Shown here piece by piece: positions 51,995 to 63,598 of a stretch of DNA of 64,000 nucleotides. Origin of the DNA: Oculina patagonica (lineage: Eukaryota); assembly GCF_052425735.1 (NCBI RefSeq), contig NC_135759.1:30814001-30878000 (forward strand). Reading direction: 5' to 3'. The position numbers were made by a program, and so were the translations under genes. Positions within the stretch are counted from its first letter, which is position 1, and each line of letters starts with the position of its first letter. A model generated the notes under the pieces. That model was not told the origin of the DNA. It worked only from the letters and a program-made list of their open reading frames with translations, and did no database searches.

Positions 51995-52194
51995 ACTTAT
52001 GATTTTCTGATGATCAGTTTGCCGAGTTTCAGTGGAATGTGAGTGCTAGAGAGGTTAAAAGAAACGACCTTGCTGCTATGGAAACTGCTTAATTAACAAC
52101 ACAATAAGTGTATACCTCCTCCCTCCCCCTTTCCCGGATGTTTTTCTACTTGCTTTTGGTGGCGGCACCCACAAGAGTCCTTATCATGTTCCCC

Positions 52195-52708
52195 AGGGCT
52201 GGGTTGTTAGAAAGCCGATTTCTGTTACACTAACTCAGGATTAAAAGTTGATCAAGAATTCAATTTCTTTTGTATGACAAAAGTGTTTTTATTGCTTATG
52301 TTTTGTAGAATTTAAGATTAGTGGAGGACAGAAAATACCATCAGTAAACAGAAAACCAGGGCCGTAACTAGCAAGAGGCAAGACAAGGCACTTGCCTCGT
52401 CTAGATTTCAACCCAAACTTCAAAATTAAATGTGTTTAGTTGGGAAAATAATCCCCAGTTCAACAAGATTGAGTTTTTTTTTCAAGAAATACCTTATAAA
52501 AAATGTTTAAGAAAGAGTTTCAGAGCTTCTAGATTTCAAAACATTTTCTGGACGGCATGCCTACAGAACGTTAACCTCGCAAAATCTTGCCTCGTCTATG
52601 CTAAAGGTCTTGTTACGGCCCTGAAAACCTCACTGAAAAGTTAAAAAACTGAAATCAAAGTTCACGCTAATTCTGGATTAGCTTAATCATGCTTTGAACA
52701 ACCCGGCC
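52195..52708. mobile_element. Harbinger-like MITE with a nested 5-bp-TSD element at 52357-52623
   Basis: Outer ends GGGCTGGGTTGTTAGAAAGC / GCTTTGAACAACCCGGCC; inner element AAAAC|CAGGGCCGTAAC ... GTTACGGCCCTG|AAAAC. Confidence 0.7.
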
Positions 52709-53546
52709 AAGGGCTTTAAAACTGTCACTTCACCACTGCAGCTGTCACTCCATTTTGAGGTTTCAAAAAGGACAATCGTGTTCCTGTAAATTAGGCAAAG
52801 ACACACGGATCAATTTGTATTTTAAAACAATTTTTTAAAGATACAGTTGAGCCTCTAATACGGACACCGAAGAAACGGAGCAAAGTGTCCGTATTAGAGA
52901 GGTGTCCGTAAGGAGAGGTTCGACTGTACAATAACAATGGGTTTTAAAACATAACCGAAGGTATTTCTTCCTTTTGATAAATATATAAAAGGATTACTCA
53001 GGCAGGTGATGAGAATATTAGAAAAGATCGTCAATAAAGCTTTTTTTGTGTTAAGACATTTGCCACAAAGTTTCCAGAACAAACGTTAAAAAATCTGTAA
53101 CGAGAAATAATTAAAATTTAAGCTTTGGACAACAGGCTCCTTACATTGAGTTATTTACTGAGCAGTCACTGAAAATGCGCCAGATGTTGTAAGCGAGTCT
53201 AGACTTTTTCCTATGTAAGCTATTAACAGGACAATTTAATTTACAACTGCATCTACATCTACTGTCCATAAGTATTAAAGTCGGTAAAACTCTTACGACA
53301 TCACACCGCCAGAAAACTATTAAAAGTCATAAGAATTTAAAACTTGCTAAAACACTACGCGATTATAGAAGATTTACGAATGAATGAATGAATAACTTTA
53401 TTTCCCATACTTAAAAAACGTTGGTTTAAAAGGAGTCTAAAGAACTAAAGGTAACTATCCCCTAGGGGAGGCATTTCCAGTCAGCGATAATTCTTGGATT
53501 CTTTTGAGCTCAAGACGGATTTGAAAACAGAATACTTATATGTCTC

Positions 53547-53956
53547 NNNNNNNNNNNNNNNNNNNNNNNNNNNNNNNNNNNNNNNNNNNNNNNNNNNNNN
53601 NNNNNNNNNNNNNNNNNNNNNNNNNNNNNNNNNNNNNNNNNNNNNNNNNNNNNNNNNNNNNNNNNNNNNNNNNNNNNNNNNNNNNNNNNNNNNNNNNNNN
53701 NNNNNNNNNNNNNNNNNNNNNNNNNNNNNNNNNNNNNNNNNNNNNNNNNNNNNNNNNNNNNNNNNNNNNNNNNNNNNNNNNNNNNNNNNNNNNNNNNNNN
53801 NNNNNNNNNNNNNNNNNNNNNNNNNNNNNNNNNNNNNNNNNNNNNNNNNNNNNNNNNNNNNNNNNNNNNNNNNNNNNNNNNNNNNNNNNNNNNNNNNNNN
53901 NNNNNNNNNNNNNNNNNNNNNNNNNNNNNNNNNNNNNNNNNNNNNNNNNNNNNNNN
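53547..53956. other. Assembly gap (410 N)
   Basis: Run of N. Confidence 1.
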
Positions 53957-54593
53957 CGTGACGAGCACAATGAACAGCCGCATAGAGGCTAGAAATTTGA
54001 TTTTTTTTTTAGTTTAACACTCGGTCAATCGAGAAATTTTCATTGGTCAAAATCTGACAATAAAGAGAACAGTTTTTAAGGAGCTTTCTCACGGAGGGCG
54101 TCTTGAAAATCCTAACCTTGATTTTTAACATTAAAAATCTGCAATCCCGTTCAAACTTCCCGAATCTTAATAATCCTTGTCATTTTTGGCTTATTATTAC
54201 CTCTTTAATGGTTTTCTCTCTTTATCTTAGTAAACATTTGTTCTGAGGTAATTTCGTACATCTATATACCTTGCGTGACCAGGAGCCTGTCAGTGACAGC
54301 TCCAGCTGAGGAAACCCCTGCTGCGGCCAAATAATATAAATAATAGGGTTCTTATTTCCAAACTCGGAGCGCAAATGAAATTTATAAAAGCGTGAAATTT
54401 TTGGTCTGATATCATCCAGACTTCATCAGTCAATGAGGCGTGGTTTTTTCAAGATGAATGTTAAGAAGTCATTTCAAAGCCTCGGGGGAGTTTAATAAAA
54501 TTCTGTCATAAATTGGAGCTAAATTAAAACTAAAATTATTTTTAGGTTACGTTCGCGGCTTTTGTATACCGCAGTTTGTCTTCACACACAATC

Positions 54594-57500
54594 ATGGCCA
54601 ACACGGCTTTTCTCGTCATTTTGGCCGATGTGGCTGGCTGGGGTTATTTCTCATGTTGGATAGTATCCTTTTTCCCACAGATATACGAAAACTGGAGACG
54701 AAAATGTGTGGTGGGCTTTTCGTTCGATTCGTTAGCCTATCTTCTCCTCAGTTATGTGATGTACATGATTTACAATTTGACGGTCTTCTTCGACCCGAAA
54801 CTTCTCCTTGGAAATTCGAACGAAGACAACCCTGTAAAGCTGACGGATGTCGTGTTTGTTATCGTAGCGTTTATCTTTACAAATGTCCAGGGAATACAGT
54901 GCTTGAGGTACGACCGAGGATCGCAGACAATTCATCGAAGCACTGTCGTTGTTTGTATCTGTTGTTTGCTTGCTCTGGCTGTCCTCACTGTTCTTCGCTG
55001 TTTTGGGGTCGGCTCGTGGCTTTTGGTCCTCCAGTACTGTGGATACGTGAAAATGGTTTCTTCATTCGGAACGGTAAGTTATTCATCGAGGTTCTTTTAC
55101 CGTTTTCACCAGAGAAGTAAATACACCGTAACCTAGCCTGCGTAGCTAGCGGGATAAGCGCGGCTCGAGAAAAATCGCGGGCAAAGCCCTTGTGCGTGAG
55201 CGGCGCAGACGCAATTCCCTCGCGGCTTCGCAGCTCGACTCCGCCGTTAACCGTAAGCATAAGCAAAGCGCTCACTCGCGAATCCCGCCAGCTACGCAGG
55301 CTAACTGTTACCCGGCCTTGGTCAAATTGAGACCTCTCATTTTCAACCTTTGTTCACTGAGTCATGAATTTTTGAGTCACGAATTTTTGTTTGTAAGAGT
55401 TTAATTTATCTCCCCATCACATTTATTGTGAAAATGCAAATACACAAACGGAATGAATCAACCTTCCGTGTGACTACTCCAACCAAGGCCATCTGACAAA
55501 ATTTTGTGCAATTTGATAAATGAAAACCTCGGACATTAAAAATAGATTTATTACAAATTATCAATCTAAGCAAGCTGCACACTACAAAAGCAATAAATTT
55601 ATAACCTTTTTATTATTTTGACACTCAAACAGTATTGCTCAATTTGCGGGGTAAAAACCCGCACATAAGAATCTCATTTTTGTGGGGGCAAAGCCGCCAC
55701 ATTGTTAAGAACCTGTTACCCTCTAAGAACGTCTTTAGCGTAAAATCTGGAAATAGGTTCTTATTTCCTAAAATATATTAAAAATATTTACGTTTCAAGA
55801 AATAAGGTAAGTCGATATTCTGGATCCTCTTTGGAGTCACCTTGGAGACTTATCTCTCCAGTTGCAATGTAAATCAATGTTGAAAATCATAAAATATTAT
55901 TGATAAAATCACATAAATAGAAATAAAATGGTATGCAAATTTCATGGAAGGAAAAGGCTGAATACCATTAAAAAAATCTATAAGCAACGATGTAAATTTC
56001 TCTTCAGAAAATAGCCAAGAACTGTAATACAACTCGGCTGGAACCAGCAATTCACGTGGCAGTGATTAACATTTTACATGTAACTGCGTTTCGGGGAGTT
56101 TCATCATTGTTCATTGCAATAGGAAAATTTTAAGGACGCCTTCAGTGTGGCTTGCGGCTCAAATTGTCGGTATACTGCCAGCCTCAGTCAACAAATAGAT
56201 GCTTACATGCATGGAATGTCACAGGTAGCCAAAACTTTGGAAACCATGTCTATTGTTTTATCATTCGTACATTACATTCTCATGTTGGCTTTGTTCTATG
56301 AGTGAAAATTAACATATTTCTAAAATCGCTCGGACCTTTCCCGGGGTATCCAATCGAACAAGATCGAACCAAAAATCAATCGAACCCAATCGTCACCAAT
56401 CGTTCGATTGGGTTCGGTAATCGAACAAAATCGAACATCTATTTTGCTGTGAGTTCGATTTTCGAACCAATCGAACCAATCGAACATAATCGAACACAAT
56501 CGAACACAATCGGGTTCGATTTTGTTCGGAATCTTTCTCTCAGTTGATAAGTAAATCACGCAGGACTAATCAAAATCGACTTTTATTGAATGAAATAAAA
56601 ATAAAAACGCCCAAATATCGAACTGAATGTCAATGTCAAGTAAAATATATTTGGTAGAAGAGAACAAAACGACGGTAAAACTGAACTGAAATGCACTATT
56701 GTTTACATTTCTATATTAGAAGGAAGGATATGGTTTCTGCCATGATTTTCACCTTTACACTCAAACAGAAGTTGCACCATTTCATTCACTGCAACACAGG
56801 CAGTTGTGTTCAATATGTGAAGAATCATTACTAGTATCCAAAACGCTGCCGCCATCAGTCTGTCCAAGCCCTCAAGGGCGGCCAAAAGCGACGTTAACAG
56901 GAGAAGAGCAATTTCCAGCATGACAACAATTACATTGGAGGAAGTGCTTAAAACATGGATGACAAAAATAACAAGTGAACAAGTAAAACAATTTTTTTCT
57001 TAAGATCGAAATCGTCGTAATAAGCAAAAAACTTGCATGCAAAATTGACTTTAGTTTCGGACGAGTACGTTGTTCGACTGCCCCAGCCGTGGCTCTTGAA
57101 ATCAATCGATGCAGAATTAACGTCGCGTCGCTGGTGTGCCCGTGGCTATTGTTGGCTATTGTGCAGACAATCGCCCTATCCTGGGGTATGGCGAATCACC
57201 AAAAAAGGATTAGGGGAACGGTGCACCGTACAATATGTACGCAGTATAAACAAACAGGAGTTCGGTAATCGAACGTTCGATTGAGTTCGATTGTTGGTTG
57301 TTCGGTAATCGAACGTTCGATTAAGTTCGATTGTTCACTGTTCGGTAATCGAACGTTCGATTGAGTTCGATTGACCAAATTTTATTGTGAGTTCGATTAT
57401 GTTCGATTACCGAACCCAATCGAACGATTGGTGTTCGATTGAGTTCGATTACCGAACGTTCGATTGGATACCCCGGGACCTTTACAAAGCGAAGCGTAAT

Positions 57501-58285
57501 GCCGCACCGGCAGGTATTTTTTGCAGGTTGCAGGTTGAAACAACACATTTATTCGAGTTGAAGTTGAAAAAACCCCCAATATAAAGGCTAACCGCGAGCA
57601 ACCGAAGCTAATTTAGGCGGCTAACCGGGTGCTAATTAAGGTAACCTGAGTGCTATACAGGCTAACCGAATGTGTCTAAAGCTTTGAAAATGTGTGGCAA
57701 ATGTGATGGTTAATGTGATTGACATTTAATACAAGAGACATAAAACGTTTGAAATTTGAAGTTTAGCTTATGTCGTTTTTACAAACTGCTTTCTTACTGG
57801 TAGAATTTCTAGCACATTAGGCAGGGGTACAAAAATAGGCCATTTTACATTTATTATACTGACCTCTCAGAGTGAGTTTGGTGAGTTACAACAGCTGACG
57901 CATGAACTGTTTGATTTTTTTCTCATATTTTTAGAATTATCCTCAATTGTGGCTTAATTTCAAGCGCAAGTCGACAGTCGGATTTCATATTGGTGGAGTG
58001 CTCCTTGACTTTGGAGGTGGAGTTCTTAGTTTGCTACAAATGGATCTGTACTGCTTCATTGAACACAGTAACGATCAACTGACTGGAAACATTCCCAAGA
58101 TGGCCCTGGCTGTAGTTTCACTTTTATTCGACATCATCCTTATCTTGCAGCATTATGTTCTCTATTTTGGAAATGAACACAAGGCCAGTGAAAAAGAATC
58201 ATTGCTTGGAGGCGCGAACCGGAAGGCTAACTTGTACACCGTAGACGTCAACGCTGAAGATAGAGATTTTCTGCCGACGAGTTAG
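54594..58285 (+). CDS. Cystinosin-like PQ-loop transporter, copy 2 (2 exons seen, 276 aa)
   Basis: Exons 54594-55073 and 57935-58285; same phase-0 intron position as copy 1; about 34 amino-acid differences from copy 1 by hand count; dileucine EKESLL. Confidence 0.88.
55134..55303. mobile_element. Palindromic MITE (TAGCCTGCGTAGC family)
   Basis: TIRs TAGCCTGCGTAGCTAGCGGGAT / ATCCCGCCAGCTACGCAGGCTA; decayed 9-bp TSD ACCGTAACC / ACTGTTACC. Confidence 0.8.
56340..57477. mobile_element. Non-autonomous DNA element with AATCGAAC subterminal arrays and 6-bp TSD
   Basis: ACCTTT|CCCGGGGTATCCAATCGAAC ... GTTCGATTGGATACCCCGGG|ACCTTT; perfect 20-bp TIR. Confidence 0.88.
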
Positions 58286-59714
58286 TCTTTCTTGTAACAT
58301 GTTAGGTTTTCCGTTGGTGAGCACTCCCAATAGGAGGGAGGCTCCGACCGAAGGGGGTACCTTTTCAGCCTAAGGGCTGAGGGGATCATTCTCGTCCCCA
58401 GAGCCGCTTGTCCCCCTTAGCGGGCAAAGCCTGGGGCACAAGGAACTTGCAAGCGGCTGTGGGGATGAGCATGGGTAGGGATTTCACGAGTTGAAGTATA
58501 CTGAAGGGAAGGGAAAACTGTTTCTTAGGTTTTTTTAAAGGACGTTTCAAAATATCTAGAACAGACCTACCGAGCGGTCGATTCATTTAAGTTTTTAAGG
58601 GGTTATTCAAGTGAAATATTAAGAAAAGAGATGCAGTACCCGTACCTAGGTATGTGAAAGGGGTACTATTTTCCTATCGAGGTATATGAAAGGGAACCTT
58701 TTCAGTCTGTCGGTTTGTGATTGCTAGAGAGGTTAAAAGGAACGACCTTGCTACTATGGAAACTGATTTATCAACGACACAATAAGCCTACCTCCACCCT
58801 GCCCCCCTTTCCCGGATGTTTTCCCAATTTTTTTCCATGGCTACACACACAAGGGTCCTTATCATGCCCAGCAGCTATCATACTAGCTTGAGGTCTCAAA
58901 AAGAACAATCATGCTGCTAATTATTAAAGAAAAGAAATATGGATCAATTTGTATGTTAAAATAATTTTATGAAGAAACAGTAATAACGCTTTAAAACATA
59001 ACCGGAATTTTTTATTCCGTGACGTTTTGAGATATATGGAGGCTACAACACACAGGTAGGCGATAGGATGTTTCAGACGTGATGTTTACAGAAGATCGTC
59101 AATAAAGCGTTTTTGTCCTTTGTCGACGTACATCAGTTTCTACCAAGCGATTAAGACAACGTTTACAAGCTTGAACTCTTGGGAAAGAGAAGAAAGAAAA
59201 TACTAATAAAAACAGGAGGGGGCTCTATTAATTTTTTTAGATCATGATAAGTATTGTTTATCGTCTTGTATCAAAAATGCTGAACAGGTCTCTGCAATAT
59301 TTTTTTTGCTACAAGTTGCGTCAGTTTTATGCGCTGATCAAAATTAAAATTTCGCTAATAGCTATGAAAACACCAGCAAAAAATTGTATAAAGTACGCAG
59401 GACAAATGCTAAATGGACCAAGATTAATATTTGAATAACTGCTTAAAGAAATATTTTCCATTCTATCTTTTTTAGCCACTTGAAATGTTTTTGCAGTTTT
59501 TTTTATGTTTAAGTGCGAGTAAATTTCAAGTGTGCCATTTTAATATCAGAGTATCAACCTAAATTTTAAAACAGCACTGTTTTGAAAATATTAGTGTGAT
59601 ATTTATTTCCGTCTCCCTTGAATATTCTTTGGCAAGGAAAGTGATTGCTCAGCATTGTTAGGACTCCTGGAATATCTTGGATGCTTGATCAACGGGTATC
59701 TCTTCCCCACCTCT

Positions 59715-61760
59715 CGTGTCCCATGATCTTGTCGCAAGTACTCTTTTGACCTCTTGGTGGAAAACCGTAAAAAACCTTGAGGAAGGGAAAAAATTTTGTA
59801 GCACGGGAAAAAAATTTGCTATTTCAACTTTTGTCTTAATGTTAAACAGGTCTCTCGCAGTATTAGTGGCGTACGTTTTGTTTGTTGAACGCAATTGAAA
59901 TTTCGCTAATATATAGCTGTAGAAACATCAGCTAAAAATAATATATAATACACAGGTATAGATGGCCATGCTAAATGGACCATTATTTGAATAGCTGCTT
60001 AAAGAAAATGATTTCTTTTATTTTAATATTTTGCTCCTGTAAATGTTTCTTCAGATGCTCTATGTTTTTCAAGTGCAAGTGAATTTACTTTGATGTCCAT
60101 TTTTGTTGTTATAGTCTCGCCATAAAGTCGGCAGTAAAAAGCTCTAGTGTTGCCAAGTTCATGTGATTGATGAACCTTTAACCACCAAGCATGGGTAAAC
60201 AGATTGGTTCCAAACATTGAAACAAGACCGCCCTAAATCCTGTTGTCTTAAACCTTATAAACTAAGATTTTTTACATGAAATAATAAAAAAGGCTAAGGT
60301 GTTACTTTTCCCTCGAGGCAAATTCGTAATGGTCCACACTTTCAAACAAACTTGTTTAAACATTTTTCTTTTGTGAACAATAAGAGCGTTCTCTTCCCTT
60401 CCTCACATGTCCCGTGATCTTGTCGCAATACTCTCTTAGGGCCTGTTTATATGGAGGAGAGTTGTCCCTGGTAGGAGGGCTACCCTCTCCCCCGAGCTAT
60501 CTTTTGCCGAGCGTTTATATGAAAAAGTTGTCCCTGTTGACCGAGCCAAAACTTGGCCCTCTTGGTTCAAAAGACTGGCGAGAGTTGTTTTGAAACTTCT
60601 ATTATGTCTGCCTTTTTTTATTAAGGAACGCTGAAACATCGACCACGACCTTTTCTTGGACAAATTTACCGGCGACTTCGATTTAAATGTATCTGCAATT
60701 TTGTTTTTGTCGACTGCAGCGTTTGCGCATGCTCTGTATGTGTCAACTTGTCCCTGGTAGGCTAGGCGAAAATAACCAAACTGTTTATATGGAAAAAAGT
60801 TGGCTCGCTCCCCAGGGTCACCCTACCTTCAAAGCGAGTGACCCTCCACCCAGGGTCGCCCTGCCCCCCGAGCCAACTTTGCAATTTCTCATATAAACAG
60901 TTCGCAGCTATTTATAAAGAAACGTATGAAAAGCTCTCTCGCCCGGGGTGGCTCGGTATGGAGGGTAACCCTCCTACCAGGGACAACTCTCCTCCATATA
61001 AACAGGCCCTTAAGAATACTTTTGACCTCTTAAAGGGCCTAACATAACCACGTGGCCGAAATGCCTTTGCCGTGCTTACGAAAACCTAGAGAAAGGGAAC
61101 AAATTTTGTAGCACGGGGGCGGGAAACATCAATATAAATAAAAACAAAGTTTGCTATATTGACTCTCATCTAAATGTTAAACAGGTCTCTCGCAGTAAGT
61201 GGCCGGTGTAAGTTCTGTATGTTGAGCGAAATTGAAATTTCACTAATAGCTATAGGATCACCAGCTAAAAATAATATGAAGTAAACAGGTAAATGGCCCT
61301 GCTAAATGGACTTTTATTTGAATAGCTGCCTCGGTAGAGAAAATGATTTCTCTATATTTTAATATTTTGCTCCCGGCCTGTAAATGTTTCTTCAGATGCT
61401 CTATGTTTTTCAAGTGCAAGTGAATTTCTTTTATGTTCTCTTTTATTGTCATAGGTTCGCCACAAAGTCGGCAGTGAAAAGTTCCAGTTTAGCCGAGTTC
61501 ATATGCTTCAGTCGACGAACTTAAGGAAACTGTGGAGGGCATGAGGAGGGTTAATAAGCTTCCAAGTAAATGATTAGTTCCAAACATTGAAACGAGACCG
61601 CCCTAAATCCTGTTGTCTTATACCTTATAAACTTTGGTGTTTTGTTTATAATCCAAACATAAACTAAGGTGTTTCTTTTCCCTGAAGGCTTCTTCTTAAT
61701 GGTCCACACTTATAAACAAACTTGTTTAAACATTTTTCTTTTGTGAACAATAAGAGCATT
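59715..61760. repeat. Tandem duplication of a ~700-bp non-coding unit (59715-60390 and 60409-61760), with a partial third copy at about 59270-59500
   Basis: Shared blocks GATCTTGTCGCAA, AACAGGTCTCTCGCAGTA, GCTAAATGGAC, GACCGCCCTAAATCCTGTTGTCTTA and AAACTTGTTTAAACATTTTTCTTTTGTGAACAATAAGAGC. Confidence 0.85.
60439..61009. mobile_element. PIF/Harbinger-type MITE (TTA TSD)
   Basis: TTA|GGGCCTGTTTATATGGAGGAGAGTTGTCCCTGGTAGGAGGG ... CCCTCCTACCAGGGACAACTCTCCTCCATATAAACAGGCCC|TTA. Confidence 0.92.
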
Positions 61761-61945
61761 ATTTCTGAAAAGCGGCAACTGTTCCCCCCACTTACGATAT
61801 TATACAAACTAAATGGTTCTGAAGTATATACAAACACGACTAAATAGACTTCATAAATACAAAACGAGTACGTTTACTATAAAAAAACTAACACCGTTCC
61901 TGTTTCTACGCATTTTCAGTTGTGGATGAATCCAGAACAACGAAG

Positions 61946-63598
61946 ATGAATATCGTGGCAAGCTTGTTGCTATCTGCGTTGACATACGCTGTTTCAAATG
62001 GTTTGTATTGTATTTCAATCAGCTAACTAACTGAATTCAGTAACCCCATTTTAAACGATCTGTTCTTAGGTCGCTAGTTAGTAATCTTATGATACGAGCA
62101 AGTAGCAAATTTTACCGAAAATGCTTAAACCCTTCCTTCTTCATTTATCAAATGAGCAGACTATCTCATCCAGGAAACTTTATGTGATTGAAGCTCATTT
62201 CTAAGCTTGTCTTAGAAGCGACTATCAAATACTTTAAACGTTTGTCTATACAAAAGCAGCTTGACTTTATGTCAAAGCAAAATGCGCTTAGAAAGTGACA
62301 AATTTCATTAAGGAAAAAGAGTAGCTTAAAACATCTACGATTCAGCTACGGACCTTCATCATTACCTCTCGATCGCCCTTCAAAACACCATCAATTATCC
62401 CTACATTCTAACTATTCAGAATCTGTTATTTTATTTTATTTCATTTTGTTAAAATTTCTTTAAAAATTTTATGGTAACACATTTTAATACTTTTTTTTAG
62501 GTTGTGACACCGTCCTGACAGAAGCAGGAGCCTGTTGTGTTTTCCCGTTCGAGTACAATGGTGAAAAGCACTGCGAGTGCACCAGCAATAATTGGTTTCG
62601 ACCGTGGTGCAGTTTGACCCCTTTCTATGCGGGAAAGTGGGGACATTGTCCAGGTATATCTATTTTTTAGTATAATTTCCAGAGGTAGATATAAAAATGA
62701 GACATTCTGATTCATCGAGAAGCTCTGGTTTATGATGCGCTAGGCGGCGAAACGGAATAAAACATTCGCTTATTCGAAAAAAAAATCGACCTGGATTTGG
62801 GTATTCTGCAAATTGATAACCAAAGCTTTTGGACCAAAAATATTTTCCAGGAGATGTACGTTCTCAAGGTATAAGAATTGATCGCAAACACGGTTGTTTT
62901 GGATATCTCACGCGGGCGTGAGAAATTTAGTAAAAAATGAGCATATAATTATGCAGACCCATCTCGTTTAAAGAATTTAAATTTCTTTGTTTGAAATTTA
63001 GTACAATTGTTTCTTTAAAAACTGAAATCGTAAAGTCGTCTCTTTTCAAGATATACATAAGGCAACAGTAAAGTAACAAGCACCCTTCGGATCAGCTACC
63101 TTTGTATATTTGTTACTATTTTTATTAAAAATAAATATTCTTTTCCATTACACAGCTATCAATCAACAACGCTCCAGTTTAAACTGTATTATACGCGTAA
63201 AAAAGTCCTCTCCTTTCCTCCCCCTTTCTCTACTTTTTTTTCTTAGTTTCGAATTTTCTGAAGATGAAGCTCTAGAGCTTTAATAACTTTGTTACTTTTG
63301 GTTCATTATAAAGAGGGTCTGGGTAAGAGTATTAGACATCAACTTGCAAAGGCCCAACACTCTATCTCCTCCTCTCCAAATTGTTCATGCTAGCTAAATG
63401 ATTAATAATATAGTTGCTCAGTTATTTGGAGGATTTAGGCCAATATACATGGTAATGTGTGTACAGTCATTTTGATAACAGTTTAGGGGTTAAATCACAT
63501 AAACTGCTCACTGATTCGTTGTTCTTCTTGTCTGATTGTCTGCCATTATGATTTCTTTTTAGATGATCAGGCAACAACTTCTCCTCCAACTTCTTCAG
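61946..63598 (+). CDS. Secreted fibronectin type II domain protein, 5' part (continues beyond the window)
   Basis: Exon 61946-62000 is a signal peptide (MNIVASLLLSALTYAVSN); exon 62501-62653 is an FN2 domain (CVFPFEYNG...CT....PWCSLT..Y.GKWGHC); exon 63563-63598 is an S/T/P linker (DDQATTSPPTSS). All introns are phase 1, GT-AG. Not in the ORF track. Confidence 0.82.

Noticed and set aside
53494-53992. Poly-X ORFs
   Set aside because: Artefacts of the N gap.
50345-58285. Cystinosin pair as two uncollapsed haplotypes
   Set aside because: About 12% protein divergence and largely different introns and flanks favour true paralogs. Not fully excluded because a gap separates them.
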